Source of the DNA: Sedimentisphaerales bacterium
GTDB lineage: Bacteria; Planctomycetota; Phycisphaerae; Sedimentisphaerales; SM23-30
Strand: one strand, 5' to 3'
Assembly (NCBI GenBank): GCA_963666285.1
Contig: OY762711.1
DNA length: 64,000 nucleotides
In this document: piece by piece, positions 31,913 through 42,488 of the stretch
Layout: every line of letters begins with the position of its first letter
Position numbering within the stretch: position 1 is the first letter of the stretch
Position numbers and translations under genes: made by a program
The notes under the pieces: generated by a model
What the model saw: only the letters and a program-made list of their open reading frames with translations
Database searches by the model: none
Told to the model about the DNA's origin: nothing

Positions 31913-32626
31913 ATGAGGAAAATTGGATATATTTTTATAGTCATCATAACGGTGTTCTTCCTGTACGCCCCTTTCGATGCAGAATTCAGCAAAAGAGAAA
32001 AACCTGATCTCGATATAACTTTTGGCCAGACCGACCCTGCTGATATCATCTACGGGTGCAGACATAACCTGGACTGTCTTTCTAAAAGCACAAACTCAAA
32101 TGACGTTGCAGAATTCATTATGGATAGGCCCAAATGGACTTTTGAGAATAACACCGAAAGCTTCGATATGATATACAGTTCTCAGCATAACCTGCTCCAA
32201 AATGGCAAGGTTGTCTGGGCTGCTATTGTACTGGCAAATGAAGACTTATTCAAAGGGGCCGGTGAGCAGCTGCCGGCTGCGATAGTATATAGTTTTGACC
32301 CTTTTTTCGACTCACAGCCTCAAAAGCTCAACGAAATCTCGGATTTGATATTTACAGTTAAGGCGAATAGCTCAGATTCCGAACTAAATGATTTTGCTAA
32401 TATTGTTTCTGACAAGAAAAAAGTAATTCTAAACACAAAAGTTCCAAATTGCCTTACCGATAATAAAGAGTGCAATTTCTGCTTTATCATAATAGATCCT
32501 GACTTCCTGCCTGATGGTAGATTATCAAAACGGTTGCTGCCGGTTCTGGCCATTCCGGGCCAGGACACTGCATTATTGCTTCCTGATGAGTTTTGGGACC
32601 AAAGGCTGGTCGATTTCTATAAGTAA
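31913..32626 (+). CDS. Membrane-anchored hypothetical protein
   Basis: 237 aa, N-terminal hydrophobic segment, GKVVWAAIVLANEDLF motif. Confidence 0.75.
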   Translation: MRKIGYIFIVIITVFFLYAPFDAEFSKREKPDLDITFGQTDPADIIYGCRHNLDCLSKSTNSNDVAEFIMDRPKWTFENNTESFDMIYSSQHNLLQNGKVVWAAIVLANEDLFKGAGEQLPAAIVYSFDPFFDSQPQKLNEISDLIFTVKANSSDSELNDFANIVSDKKKVILNTKVPNCLTDNKECNFCFIIIDPDFLPDGRLSKRLLPVLAIPGQDTALLLPDEFWDQRLVDFYK

Positions 32627-32655
32627 ACACAAGTGTAGTAAAAGATTAAAAGGTA

Positions 32656-34167
32656 TTGTTGATTATGCTGCAAAGATTATATGTTATTGTATTGCTATTG
32701 GTTCCCTTATGCCTTTCCTCCTTTGCCGATTTGCCTGTACCCACCGCCGAAAAATTGCCTCGGTACCGAGGCTTCAATCTGCTTAACAAGTTCTATAAAG
32801 GACCAAATTCTGGACCTTACGATGAAAGTGATTTCCAACTGATATCTGAGCTCGGATTCAATTTTGTCCGACTGCCGATGGATTATCGAATTTGGATAAA
32901 TAACGGAGATTGGAATGAATTTGATCAACATCAAATGCAGGAAATTGACCAGGCAATAGAATGGGGTATAAAGTACCAGGTTCATGTCTGTCTCAATTTC
33001 CATCGTGCTCCCGGATACACTGTTGCCCAACCTCCTGAAAAAACCGACCTATGGACCGACACCGAAACTCAAAAAGTATGTGCTATGCATTGGGCTTACT
33101 TTGCCAGGAGATATAAAGATATACCCAATAAATACCTCAGCTTTAACCTGCTTAACGAACCCAAAGATATTAATAAAGATAAATTCATCAAAGTTATTAA
33201 AATACTGGTTGAAGCCATCAGAAATGAAGACCCGAACAGGTTAATCATATCCGACGGTATAAACTGGGGCCAAACGCCTTGCCCGGAACTTAAATCTCTC
33301 AAAATTGCGCAGGCAACCCGCGGCTATGAACCGTTTGAACTCACTCATTACAAGGCAGAATGGGCAAATCAGGAAACGGACTGGAGTGTTCCAGCCTGGC
33401 CGCAGCCGCTGGCTATTAACGGATATTTATATGGGCCTGATAAACGGGATCTGCATTCACCAATACTCATAGATGTAAACCTAAAAGATATATGCAAGAT
33501 GAAAGTTAAAGTTGGCACCGTTTCTCGTATTGGCAACCTCATTGCCAAAGCTGACGACAAAACTATATGGCAGCAGGCTTTTACTCCCGGACCGGGTAAT
33601 GGCCCCTGGGAAAAAGTTGTCTTCAAGGAACAATGGAACATGTACCAGAATGAATACAACCGGTTCTATGAATTTGAAATCCCCGCAGGCAAATACACTC
33701 TATCTATAGATAATATCGAAGGTGACTGGATAACTATTCCGGCTTTATCATTTAGCCATCCTGACGGTATCGAAAACCAGCTTGACATTACTCTCAAATG
33801 GGGGCAGGAAAATATCAAGCTCAAATACGACCCTTCTGATTCTGCCTCTCCCTTTACCGCTGAAAAATCTCGCGATAAACAATGGCTCAGGGAAAAGTAT
33901 CTTGATCCTTGGGTAAAACTGAAAAATGATAATGTCGGTGTTTTTGTTGGTGAATGGGGAGCATATAATAAAACCCCGCACGATGTCACTTTGCGGTGGA
34001 TGGAAGATTGCCTGAAAAACTACCAGGAAGCTGGTATAGGTTGGGCTCTATGGAATTTTAGAGGATCATTTGGCATTATGGACAGTTCCCGCAAAGATGT
34101 GCAATACGAAGAGTTCAGAGGGCACAAACTTGACCGGAAAATGCTGGAACTCCTACAGAAATATTAA
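32656..34167 (+). CDS. Secreted glycoside hydrolase family 5
   Basis: YRGFNL, GFNFVRLPMDY, LNFHRAPG, NLLNEP (acid/base), VGEWG (nucleophile), GWALWNF. Confidence 0.92.
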   Translation: MLIMLQRLYVIVLLLVPLCLSSFADLPVPTAEKLPRYRGFNLLNKFYKGPNSGPYDESDFQLISELGFNFVRLPMDYRIWINNGDWNEFDQHQMQEIDQAIEWGIKYQVHVCLNFHRAPGYTVAQPPEKTDLWTDTETQKVCAMHWAYFARRYKDIPNKYLSFNLLNEPKDINKDKFIKVIKILVEAIRNEDPNRLIISDGINWGQTPCPELKSLKIAQATRGYEPFELTHYKAEWANQETDWSVPAWPQPLAINGYLYGPDKRDLHSPILIDVNLKDICKMKVKVGTVSRIGNLIAKADDKTIWQQAFTPGPGNGPWEKVVFKEQWNMYQNEYNRFYEFEIPAGKYTLSIDNIEGDWITIPALSFSHPDGIENQLDITLKWGQENIKLKYDPSDSASPFTAEKSRDKQWLREKYLDPWVKLKNDNVGVFVGEWGAYNKTPHDVTLRWMEDCLKNYQEAGIGWALWNFRGSFGIMDSSRKDVQYEEFRGHKLDRKMLELLQKY

Positions 34168-34172
34168 ACCGG

Positions 34173-34727
34173 TTATAATAATTGTTCAATCCTGGAAACC
34201 AAAGATTCTGGTGATGTCCTTGGCGTAAACCGCCAAACCGGATGCCCTTGTCTATCTATCAGGAATTTAGTAAAATTCCATGGAATATCTATGCTGCCGC
34301 TACTGTTAGGCACTGCTCGCGTCAGCCATTTATATAAAGGATGAGCCCCTTCTCCGTTTACCTCTATCTTATCAAACATGGTAAAGGTTACACCGTAATT
34401 CTGCTGACAGAATTTCTTGATCTCTTCTGCGGTACCAGGCTCCTGGTTCCTGAACTGGTTACAGGGAAAACCGATTATTTCAAAACCTCTATCCTTATAT
34501 TTCTTATACAACTCTTCCAATCCACCGTATTGAGATGTATAAGCACATAAGCTGGCAGTATTTACCACCAGTACAACCTTGCCTCGATAACGGTCCAGAC
34601 TAACCTCTTCTCCGCCAAGCAAATTAGCAGAAAAGTCATACAAGGTAGTACTATCTGAGTTCTGCTCCACTCTGCTTATTTTTTCAGAAGAATTACAGCC
34701 TGAAATAAACATAACAGCTGAAAATAA
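34173..34727 (-). CDS. Glutathione peroxidase family lipoprotein (3' exon; ATG at 34712 is probably internal)
   Basis: VNTASLC, GFPCNQFRNQEPG, WNFTKFLIDR. The frame stays open and hydrophobic (LFSAV-MFISGC) up to the intron boundary. Confidence 0.88.
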   Translation of the reverse strand, partial: LFSAVMFISGCNSSEKISRVEQNSDSTTLYDFSANLLGGEEVSLDRYRGKVVLVVNTASLCAYTSQYGGLEELYKKYKDRGFEIIGFPCNQFRNQEPGTAEEIKKFCQQNYGVTFTMFDKIEVNGEGAHPLYKWLTRAVPNSSGSIDIPWNFTKFLIDRQGHPVWRFTPRTSPESLVSRIEQLL

Positions 34728-36627
34728 ATCGAGTAGGCGGGGGTATTACTACCCCAACCTCTCACACCACCCGGCAAGCCTGCTAAGCACCAAGGCGGTT
34801 CCCTATGGTCTGTTTGCCAGTTCCTGCCATCTTTCCAGCGTACTTACCAATCCTTGTTCTTTAAACCGTTGCAAATTCATAGCTTGATGAGATTGTGGTA
34901 TCGCACTTTTCCTCCAGAGACCCTTGCCGGACAACGCACCTATCCAGGCTTGATACTCATCAACACCATTTCGCCTATAAAATCTTGCTATTGTATAGAC
35001 TCGCTTCAACTGCTTGAGTTTAATCACTCGCAGTTTACGACGAACCCAACAATCCAATCCTTTTAGCTTGTGTTTACACTGAGCATAACGATAATATGTC
35101 GTCCAACCTGTTAAAGTCATGTTGATCCTGGCAATTATCTCTGAATATCTGCCCGGTTTATTACGCCGGGTAAGGCTACGTACCTTATCCTTAAAACGGC
35201 AGATACTCTTCGGGGCTATACCAAGGTTCCCGTCGCCGAAACAGGCGATAGCCAAGGAAGCTTCTTTCACTTACATGGCCAACCGCCGATTTCTCCTTAT
35301 TAACACGAAGTTTAAGTTTAGACTCAAGGAACTTTGTTGCACTTTCAAGTACCCGTTCACCTGCTCTGGTTGACTGTACATATATATTACAGTCATCGGC
35401 ATAGCGAACAAAGCGATGACCTCGTTTTCCAGTTCTCTGTCGAAATCTGTTAACAGAATATTCGCCAGTAGTGGACTTAGCGGACCACCTTGCGGTGTCC
35501 CGTCTTTACGAGGTATTACTACACCATTCTGCATTAAACCTGCATTCAAAAAGGCTCGTATTAGTTTTAACAGTCGTTTATCCTTGATATAACGAGCTAT
35601 TCGAGCCATCAATACATCGTGGTTTACACGATCAAAGAATTTCTCCAGATCCAGGTCAACTACATAAACATAGCCTCCCTTTACGTACTCACTGGCTTGA
35701 TCTATCGCCTGATGAGCACTTCGACCCGGACGAAACCCATAACTGAGTTCGCTGAATTCACGCTCCAGTATGGGGGTAAGCTTCTGTAGAATACCTTGCT
35801 GAACCATACGGTCTATGGCCGTGGGAATACCCAACTGACGTTTTCCACCGCCGGATTTGGGGATTTCCACCCCTCTTACCGGTGATGGAACATATGTACC
35901 GGCCATTAAGGATTCTATCAGTTCATCTATATGCTCGCGGCACCATGCATACATGTCATCAACGGTCATACCATCGATACCTGCTGCCCCGTTGTTAGAT
36001 ACCACTCGCACATACGCTGTTCGCAGATTGTCTTTATCGACTATCTGCTCCATAAGATGGTCGGTCAGGGGTAAGACTTCGGGATTCGCCGGGATGCAAC
36101 TACACGCCTCTAACCCGGTAGATTGAGTTCCGCTCTCTCCACCGCAGCCGAAGTTCAGGTTGTGCTGAGTTGACAGTGGTCTGTTGTCCATCGAGTCTCC
36201 TGTTATTACGTTCCTGTCCATAAGATTCAGTCCTTCGCAAATATTAAAAGGGAATATTTACTACTATGACCTCTGCTGACTTCTGTAAGGCTCCAATGCT
36301 TCTCGGACATTATAGCCTTGAAACAAATGATGTTGATACCCAACATACCTTACAGACCTCCCGGGGTAAGATTTAATACTTCCGGTCGGGCCTCGCCGGA
36401 TTTACCTTTATCGTCTCCGAATGAGTATCGGGCTTCAGAATCCATTGCTTCCTTACCCGGACGACACCGGCCTTATATCCGATTCCTGTTCGTCGAGTCC
36501 GACTTTTGCCTAAGGCTTCCTTACCACCCAGCGTCACCGCTACGCAGTTGCCTTCGACTTGCGGTTCCGCTCATCACGGCCCGCAGGGGACTTTAACCCC
36601 ATGAGCATTAAATCATGCCCGGCGCAC
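34728..36627 (-). mobile_element. Group II intron, class IIC
   Basis: 5' GTGCGCC at 36627 directly after a hairpin plus T6; domain V AACCGCC...GGTGGTGTGAGAGG with CGC triad; domain VI ending CCTACTCGAT at 34728; RT without endonuclease domain. Confidence 0.93.
34803..36191 (-). pseudogene. Group II intron reverse transcriptase/maturase, frameshifted
   Basis: GAAGIDG, RQLGIPTAIDR, SYGFRPGRS, DLEKFFD, GTPQGGPLSPLLANI. RYADD (35392-35403) lies in a shifted frame between indels at 35425-35428 and 35239-35241. Confidence 0.88.
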
Positions 36628-36655
36628 AAAAAAGCCGGACAAATATGACCGGCTT
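36628..36655 (-). terminator. Terminator-like hairpin used as the IIC intron target
   Basis: AAGCCGG-tcatatttgt-CCGGCTT plus TTTT directly before the intron 5' end. Confidence 0.75.
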
Positions 36656-36663
36656 ATAATCAA
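36628..36663 (-). CDS. Putative 5' exon of the glutathione peroxidase gene (signal peptide N-terminus)
   Basis: TTG ATT ATA AGC CGG TCA TAT TTG TCC GGC TTT TTT joins in frame with 34727; no clear SD. Confidence 0.45.
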
Positions 36664-36677
36664 TTATAATATCAAAA

Positions 36678-37592
36678 TCAACGACCACCGTACCATGTAA
36701 CAACCCTTAAAAGGTCTGGCTGAAGCATTCCAGTTTCTGTATCATAACACCATTCTGTATTTTTCGCCACTTCAGCTGCATCAATTCTATAGGTTGTTTT
36801 TGCAAGCTCCAAAGTCTTTGGAGACTGCCAACTGGTTATTTCTGCATGCCCATCAGCAAAAGCAATAGTTCCTCTCTTATTATGCCATACCGCCATATAA
36901 TCCCACCAAGAGCTGTCCTGAAATTTATTTTCTCTAGAATGAACTTGGAAAGATCCTAGAAGATAATTCTGCCCCAACGTTGACTCTTCTACAAACACCA
37001 TTTTTTCTGACGGTGTTTTAATCTGGCCGGCTTTTGTATAAGCTTTAACTCCATTATGACCACTTACAACATCTTCACCATTCATTGTTCCTGTAATCGC
37101 ATAAGAAACAAAAGCATCCATTGGAGCACTTTTCTTAAAATTCTTATCTCCCGGACAATGGTAAACATCATGGGTCTTGTTATATTTCCATAACTTACCT
37201 AATTCGATACCGAACTTACGGTAATCCAGGGCATTTGTATTATTAAATGCTGAATCACCATTTGACAATGACCTGTGATTATTAGATCCGCTGGTATCTT
37301 CAACTGTCGGTGCACATATCCAAGGGTGTAAACCGGCTGGACGCCTATCAGTCTCATTGTAAGGTAACTGGCCATTGTAACCGGAAGCCATTCCGCCAAC
37401 CAGCTGGTCTCCATTGTCGCCGCAATACATTACCCAGGATGAAATCAATGCTTTCTGGTTGCCCAAACATACGGCAGCCGTTGCCTGTTGCTTTGCTTTA
37501 TTCAAAGAAGGCATTAAAATACTTACCAATAAGGCAATAATAGAAATTACTACCAATAGCTCAATTAATGTAAAACCTTTTCTTTTTGACAT
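36678..37592 (-). CDS. Prepilin-type N-terminal cleavage protein with H-X9-DG motif (DUF1559-like)
   Basis: KGFTLIELLVVISIIALLVSILMPSL, YHCPGD, HNKRGTIAFADGH. Confidence 0.9.
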   Translation of the reverse strand: MSKRKGFTLIELLVVISIIALLVSILMPSLNKAKQQATAAVCLGNQKALISSWVMYCGDNGDQLVGGMASGYNGQLPYNETDRRPAGLHPWICAPTVEDTSGSNNHRSLSNGDSAFNNTNALDYRKFGIELGKLWKYNKTHDVYHCPGDKNFKKSAPMDAFVSYAITGTMNGEDVVSGHNGVKAYTKAGQIKTPSEKMVFVEESTLGQNYLLGSFQVHSRENKFQDSSWWDYMAVWHNKRGTIAFADGHAEITSWQSPKTLELAKTTYRIDAAEVAKNTEWCYDTETGMLQPDLLRVVTWYGGR

Positions 37593-38059
37593 TTTGTTCT
37601 CCTGTTATATATAGAACCTATAAAAATAATGTGGAATAATTATAAAGTAATGCTTTGTGACTCTTTTCTGGTTGAAAATTCGAATAAATGATTTTTGATG
37701 GTATTATTACAAAAAAAACAATATCATTTTCTTTTCAATAATAAACCCGTAATATGCGGGAAGTTGGAGTCTAAAAAAGCAAAATATATAAAACTTTTCA
37801 AATAAATACGTTACAAAAAAAACACAGTTTTATAACCACTTTGCCACAAACCATTATACACTATTTTGTTTCAAATGCGAAGAAAAAACTACCAAAATTC
37901 TCGCCAAAATCACCTTAATTTGTAACAATTAAACAATGCATGCAAATAAAATGGTTTAAAAAACTTATAATAATACATATGTAAGCCCATACAAACATAA
38001 ATATTTACTAAACAATAACTTAATAAATCCAATACTGGACTGCCATTTAAGCATGCAAA

Positions 38060-40096
38060 TTAAAATCTTAACTGTAAACGCCCAAAAAACATACGACCCG
38101 GTGTACTGACTGAGGTATAGTGCCCAAAACCAAAAACAGGGTCATGTTCATCACACAATAAATCTGAAACTCCGATTAAAATTTCACCGTCCCCATCAAA
38201 TATTTTTCGGCTTAGAGTCATATCCAGCCTATGGCTGGCCCCGACGTCATCTATATCAAAAAATGATCGTGTCGTATCCGCAAAACGATAATTTGTATTT
38301 AAAGTCCAGTTATTGTCAACATAATATCTCCAGCTCACCCCAGCCTTATGCTTTGCCGGTGCATAGGACCTGAAATTCTGGTCGGCATATTTATCTCGAA
38401 GATCATTATAGGCAAACCAAAAAGTTAACTTAGATGTTTTTAATCGCTTTTCTAATTCAATCTCTGCTCCATAACCCTCAATTTTATCCTGGTTATACAC
38501 CTGAGACATTCGCCTGCCCAGGCCTAATGGATCATCAACAAATTCTAAACCCACCATATTATCAAATTCCTGATAATAACCATTTATAAACAATTGGGTA
38601 TTATCTTCAAACACCTGCTGATATCCAACTTCATATGACCATATTTCTTCATTTTTCAAATTATCTGGTTTCAGAAAATTAGTGGCATATAGACCGGGCG
38701 CTACCATAATACTCACCTGGTTGGAATTCCTTAGAAAATATGTTGGTGCACGAAATGCCCTGCCAACACTAAACCTCAAGGACTTTTTTTTCTGCTCATT
38801 CATATGACGCAGAGCTGTCACCCTGGTAGCTACTTCATCATCATTATCCGAAAACCAGTCCCCTCTTAGCTGCCCTTCAAAAGTCCAGTTTTTGCTGTAT
38901 TCCCACCGGTCTAAAACAAAAGCACCTATCTGTCTTTCATTTGCATATTTTTCTTCATACTGCACTTGAGTTGGACTTGGAGAATCAAACTCCAGCGATG
39001 TAAGATGCAGATTTGCTCCCGCCTGGATATGATGCCGATTGATTTCTGCTAAATCATACTGAACTTCAAAATCGTATTCTTCGGCCAGGTAATTCACTGT
39101 CGCCATGCTGTGAATATCATAATTGTTATACCTGCCTTGTAGATACCCGCTGCTGCCGTCGTCAAATTTACAATTTAACCTGGCATAGGCAAATAAACTT
39201 TCAGTAGTATAATCATCTCTTGAATATATACCGACATACTCTATATTTCCTGTACTGAAGTCTGTATAATCCAGACCGAAATCGATTGTCGTATCATCAT
39301 TTATACGGTAAGTATTCTTTATATCTAATATGTACTTTCTGACATTATCCGTTGCAGAAAAACCTAATGGACCGATTAATGTTTCTAATGTGCCATTTCT
39401 GTACGACAACTCTCCGGCACCTGCCCGCTCGGAATCGACCAGTTCCTGCCATAGAAATGACAAGCGAGTACTGAATTTCTCATTACCAAAACCATACCTC
39501 AAATGATTCTCAATATCATTAAACTCAGTAAAAGAAGAACTTATAAATACGCCCTGAGTGTCCGAGGGCTTCTTTGTTATAACATTAATGACGCCATTTA
39601 ACGCATTTGCACCCCAAGCTGCTCCTCCGGGACCTCTCAAGATTTCAACTCTTTCAATATCTTCTAATATCAATGGATAGATAAAAAATTCCACTCCGCC
39701 ATAATAAGGACTATTATAGGGTTTCCCATCGATCAGTATCAGCGATCGCTCTGCCATTATATCATGCATTCCCCTGACACCTGTAGGATATATGCCCCTA
39801 CGGCAAGGAAGAACATCAACTCCAGGACGAAACTGCAAGATATTGGGCAAATCCATCAAACCGCTATAATGAATATCTTCTGATGTTAAGATACTCACCG
39901 GGATTGTACTTTCATTGATCCACTGCTCCTGTCGTGATGCCGACACAATTACCGGCACTTCCAGTAATTCCTCAAGTGACATATCCAGTATGTCATCATC
40001 AGAATTATCTTCAGAATTTTCAGCTGAATTAGCCAATGTGACCATAACTGAAAAATATACCACCAGAAATAATATTGTAGTAAAACTCTTATTCAT
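38060..40096 (-). CDS. TonB-dependent receptor
   Basis: MSLEELLEV..VSASR, IERVEILRGPG..WGANA.NGVINVITK plug, C-terminal F. Confidence 0.9.
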   Translation of the reverse strand: MNKSFTTILFLVVYFSVMVTLANSAENSEDNSDDDILDMSLEELLEVPVIVSASRQEQWINESTIPVSILTSEDIHYSGLMDLPNILQFRPGVDVLPCRRGIYPTGVRGMHDIMAERSLILIDGKPYNSPYYGGVEFFIYPLILEDIERVEILRGPGGAAWGANALNGVINVITKKPSDTQGVFISSSFTEFNDIENHLRYGFGNEKFSTRLSFLWQELVDSERAGAGELSYRNGTLETLIGPLGFSATDNVRKYILDIKNTYRINDDTTIDFGLDYTDFSTGNIEYVGIYSRDDYTTESLFAYARLNCKFDDGSSGYLQGRYNNYDIHSMATVNYLAEEYDFEVQYDLAEINRHHIQAGANLHLTSLEFDSPSPTQVQYEEKYANERQIGAFVLDRWEYSKNWTFEGQLRGDWFSDNDDEVATRVTALRHMNEQKKKSLRFSVGRAFRAPTYFLRNSNQVSIMVAPGLYATNFLKPDNLKNEEIWSYEVGYQQVFEDNTQLFINGYYQEFDNMVGLEFVDDPLGLGRRMSQVYNQDKIEGYGAEIELEKRLKTSKLTFWFAYNDLRDKYADQNFRSYAPAKHKAGVSWRYYVDNNWTLNTNYRFADTTRSFFDIDDVGASHRLDMTLSRKIFDGDGEILIGVSDLLCDEHDPVFGFGHYTSVSTPGRMFFGRLQLRF

Positions 40097-40419
40097 AAGT
40101 ATTTAGATTAATAAATGTATATCATTTCATACATTATTCACACTCTGCTAATTTGATATCGACACCATATATTACCTCTCTTTCAAAAAAACTGACGAAA
40201 ATTACGGTTTTTTTGTAACTTGTTGTTTGTTATGCTGTAATATATTATAAATAACAATTATTACTAATTTTAAGTTGCTTAATATTGCTGATTTATACAA
40301 CGCTTTTGTGTTATCGGCCTTATTGGCACGGATTCTTGTTGAATCTATGGCAATAAAAACCGAATAACAATAATGAAGGCAGGCATTTAGCTATGGCTCG
40401 ATCGGTCGGGACAAACTAA

Positions 40420-40998
40420 ATGCCTGAGCTTAAAATGTCTGTTAAAATTGAAAATACTCTAGAGATGATTACAGTTACTGATCAGGAACTCGCTGCACGG
40501 GCCTGCGACGGGTGCAGATCGTCTTTTGACGAGCTGGTGCAAAGATACAGCCAGAAGGTTTTCAAGTTCATTTTCATGAAAACCAACAATATCGAATGCA
40601 CTGAAGACATTGTGCAAGATGCATTTGTCAGGGCTTGGCAAAATATTGAAAAGTATGATCCGCAATATTGTTTTTCAACCTGGCTCTATACTATTGCTAT
40701 CCGGCTTACTCATAACCATTTCCGGAAACGCAAAATAAATTGTATAGAAGATGAAATCTTAGACAGTAGAAGCGGCAACCAGCAAACACCGGATCAAATT
40801 GTCAGCCAGGCGGAAGAAAACCAGAGAGTCTGGAAATTGGCAGCTGACCTTAAACCGGAATATTACAATATTCTTTGGTTGAAATATGTTGAACTGCTCA
40901 GTATAGAAGAAATTGCAAAGGCTACAGGCAAAAGTGAGGCTAACGTTAAAGTGATTCTTCATCGAGCCAGAAACAAACTAGCGAAAAAACTTAATTAA
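40420..40998 (+). CDS. ECF RNA polymerase sigma factor
   Basis: FDELVQRY, EDIVQDAF, FSTWLYTIA, SIEEIA..VKVILHRAR. Start uncertain. Confidence 0.92.
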   Translation: MPELKMSVKIENTLEMITVTDQELAARACDGCRSSFDELVQRYSQKVFKFIFMKTNNIECTEDIVQDAFVRAWQNIEKYDPQYCFSTWLYTIAIRLTHNHFRKRKINCIEDEILDSRSGNQQTPDQIVSQAEENQRVWKLAADLKPEYYNILWLKYVELLSIEEIAKATGKSEANVKVILHRARNKLAKKLN

Positions 40999-41018
40999 AT
41001 TGACACCTTTTTTTTGTT

Positions 41019-41660
41019 TTGAGGGTTATGATGTTTTGTGAACATTATAGATTAAAAATTTCAGAATCAATCGATACCGGCATGGAACTACCTTCCGGTA
41101 CTCTAAAGCATATTGCTAAATGCAAAAATTGCAGGCAATATTTTGATTCTATTAAAAAACTTGAATTCACTCTGGAACAAGAACCAGAGGCAATACGGAA
41201 TTACAATTTCGATAATCTTAACCTGGCAATCAGCAGCAAAATCGACCTCGATGAACCGATTGACACTGAATCATTGCATTATCCAACGATCAAATATAAT
41301 CACAAGTTTGCCATGGCTGCTACGTTAATTATCGCCGCCACTCTTGCATTTTCGATCTTTGTTAACTCTACTACGAAAATAGAACACACTGATACTCACT
41401 TGGCGAATAGCGGCAATACCCCATCAACCCATATCGAAACTGCCGACATTCAGGGAACCGAAGATAAAAACTCGCTTGCCGCTACTCCGCAAATGGCGAT
41501 CATATTCCAGCTTTATTCTAATTTAGACAAAAAAGAAGTTAAATCCACTCTTTTGGAAAGTAAGGAATACTACGACAAAACCCAGGAAATATCAGAAAAA
41601 TCTTATGATATTTTGAATAAAGCTCTTAAAAACAGTCATTTTATATCATTACTGTTCTAA
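41019..41660 (+). CDS. Putative zinc-binding anti-sigma factor
   Basis: CEHY...HIAKCKNC (HxxxCxxC) plus one TM, directly after the ECF sigma gene. Confidence 0.75.
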   Translation: MRVMMFCEHYRLKISESIDTGMELPSGTLKHIAKCKNCRQYFDSIKKLEFTLEQEPEAIRNYNFDNLNLAISSKIDLDEPIDTESLHYPTIKYNHKFAMAATLIIAATLAFSIFVNSTTKIEHTDTHLANSGNTPSTHIETADIQGTEDKNSLAATPQMAIIFQLYSNLDKKEVKSTLLESKEYYDKTQEISEKSYDILNKALKNSHFISLLF

Positions 41661-41668
41661 CACATACG

Positions 41669-41704
41669 CTGCGTTGCTTTAATACTAACACTAAAGCAAC
41701 GCAG
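41669..41704. terminator. 13-bp perfect inverted repeat between convergent genes
   Basis: CTGCGTTGCTTTA-10nt-TAAAGCAACGCAG; no long U-tract. Confidence 0.55.
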
Positions 41705-41712
41705 AAGCAATT

Positions 41713-41997
41713 TCAGCTTGTCTTATATACATCTATCTCAGGTTCACCTTCGCAATGCCCTACGATCTGGGGTAAAATATTCTTGAAATGGTCTGTGTCA
41801 AAATGGGCTTTCAAGTCATCATTTGTATCCCATTTCTCTATAAAGGCATAAACACCATCCTTTTCCGTATGCTTATGCAAATCATATTCCAGACACCCGG
41901 TCTCCTTTAATGTTTCAAATATGAGCTCTCTCACAAGAACCATAAATTCCTCTAGCTCGCCCACTTTAACCTTTAATTTAGCTACTACTGTAATCAT
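41713..41997 (-). CDS. Antibiotic biosynthesis monooxygenase / quinol monooxygenase family
   Basis: MITVVAKLKVK, ETGCLEYDLH, FIEKW...HFDTDHF. Confidence 0.87.
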   Translation of the reverse strand: MITVVAKLKVKVGELEEFMVLVRELIFETLKETGCLEYDLHKHTEKDGVYAFIEKWDTNDDLKAHFDTDHFKNILPQIVGHCEGEPEIDVYKTS

Positions 41998-42141
41998 AAT
42001 TTTCCTCTCAAAATAAATATATAACAAAATAGTTAATTTCGCCGTTTTTAAGTTGCATAAACCGCCAAAAGTGCGATTCCGCTCAAACAGTTGCTGAAAT
42101 CTAATAATAGAGTATCAATTAAAAAAATCCAGCATAAAACA

Positions 42142-42308
42142 TAAGGTGACCTATGGAAATTGCTTTTGATGCGATAGTTTGAAATTTTGGTTGCTGGCAA
42201 GGAACATAAAATCGTGCATATTGAGCTATATTCACGGTTTTATGTGACGCATGTCAGCAGACAAAAGAAAAACTAGTCGCTCAAAATGAATTTCCAGGGG
42301 TTGCCTTA
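42142..42308. mobile_element. MITE-like family B, longest copy
   Basis: Imperfect TIR TAAGGTGACCTATGGAAATT / AATTTCCAGGGGTTGCCTTA; 39-bp core matches 54056-54094 at 36/39. Confidence 0.6.
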
Positions 42309-42488
42309 AGTTTTCCTAAAAACTAAATTGCATTTTTTACAGCAAATTCAGAATACTATTGTTCTTTTAACTTACCAGCATCATACACTAAAACCGGTAC
42401 CAACACTTCTTTCATGCAAATATACTGGTTACGTTTTTTTTACATAACTATGAAAATAAACAAAGACATTGATTCAAAATAGTGTAAA

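Noticed and set aside
34530..34570. Possible selenocysteine in the glutathione peroxidase
   Set aside because: The active-site codon is TGT (Cys) in NTASLC; no in-frame TGA.
36318..36596. 92-aa plus-strand ORF
   Set aside because: Antisense to domain I of the intron RNA.
40324..40340. TGGCACG sigma54-like -24 box upstream of the ECF sigma gene
   Set aside because: GG-N10 is followed by TG, not GC, so the -12 element does not fit.
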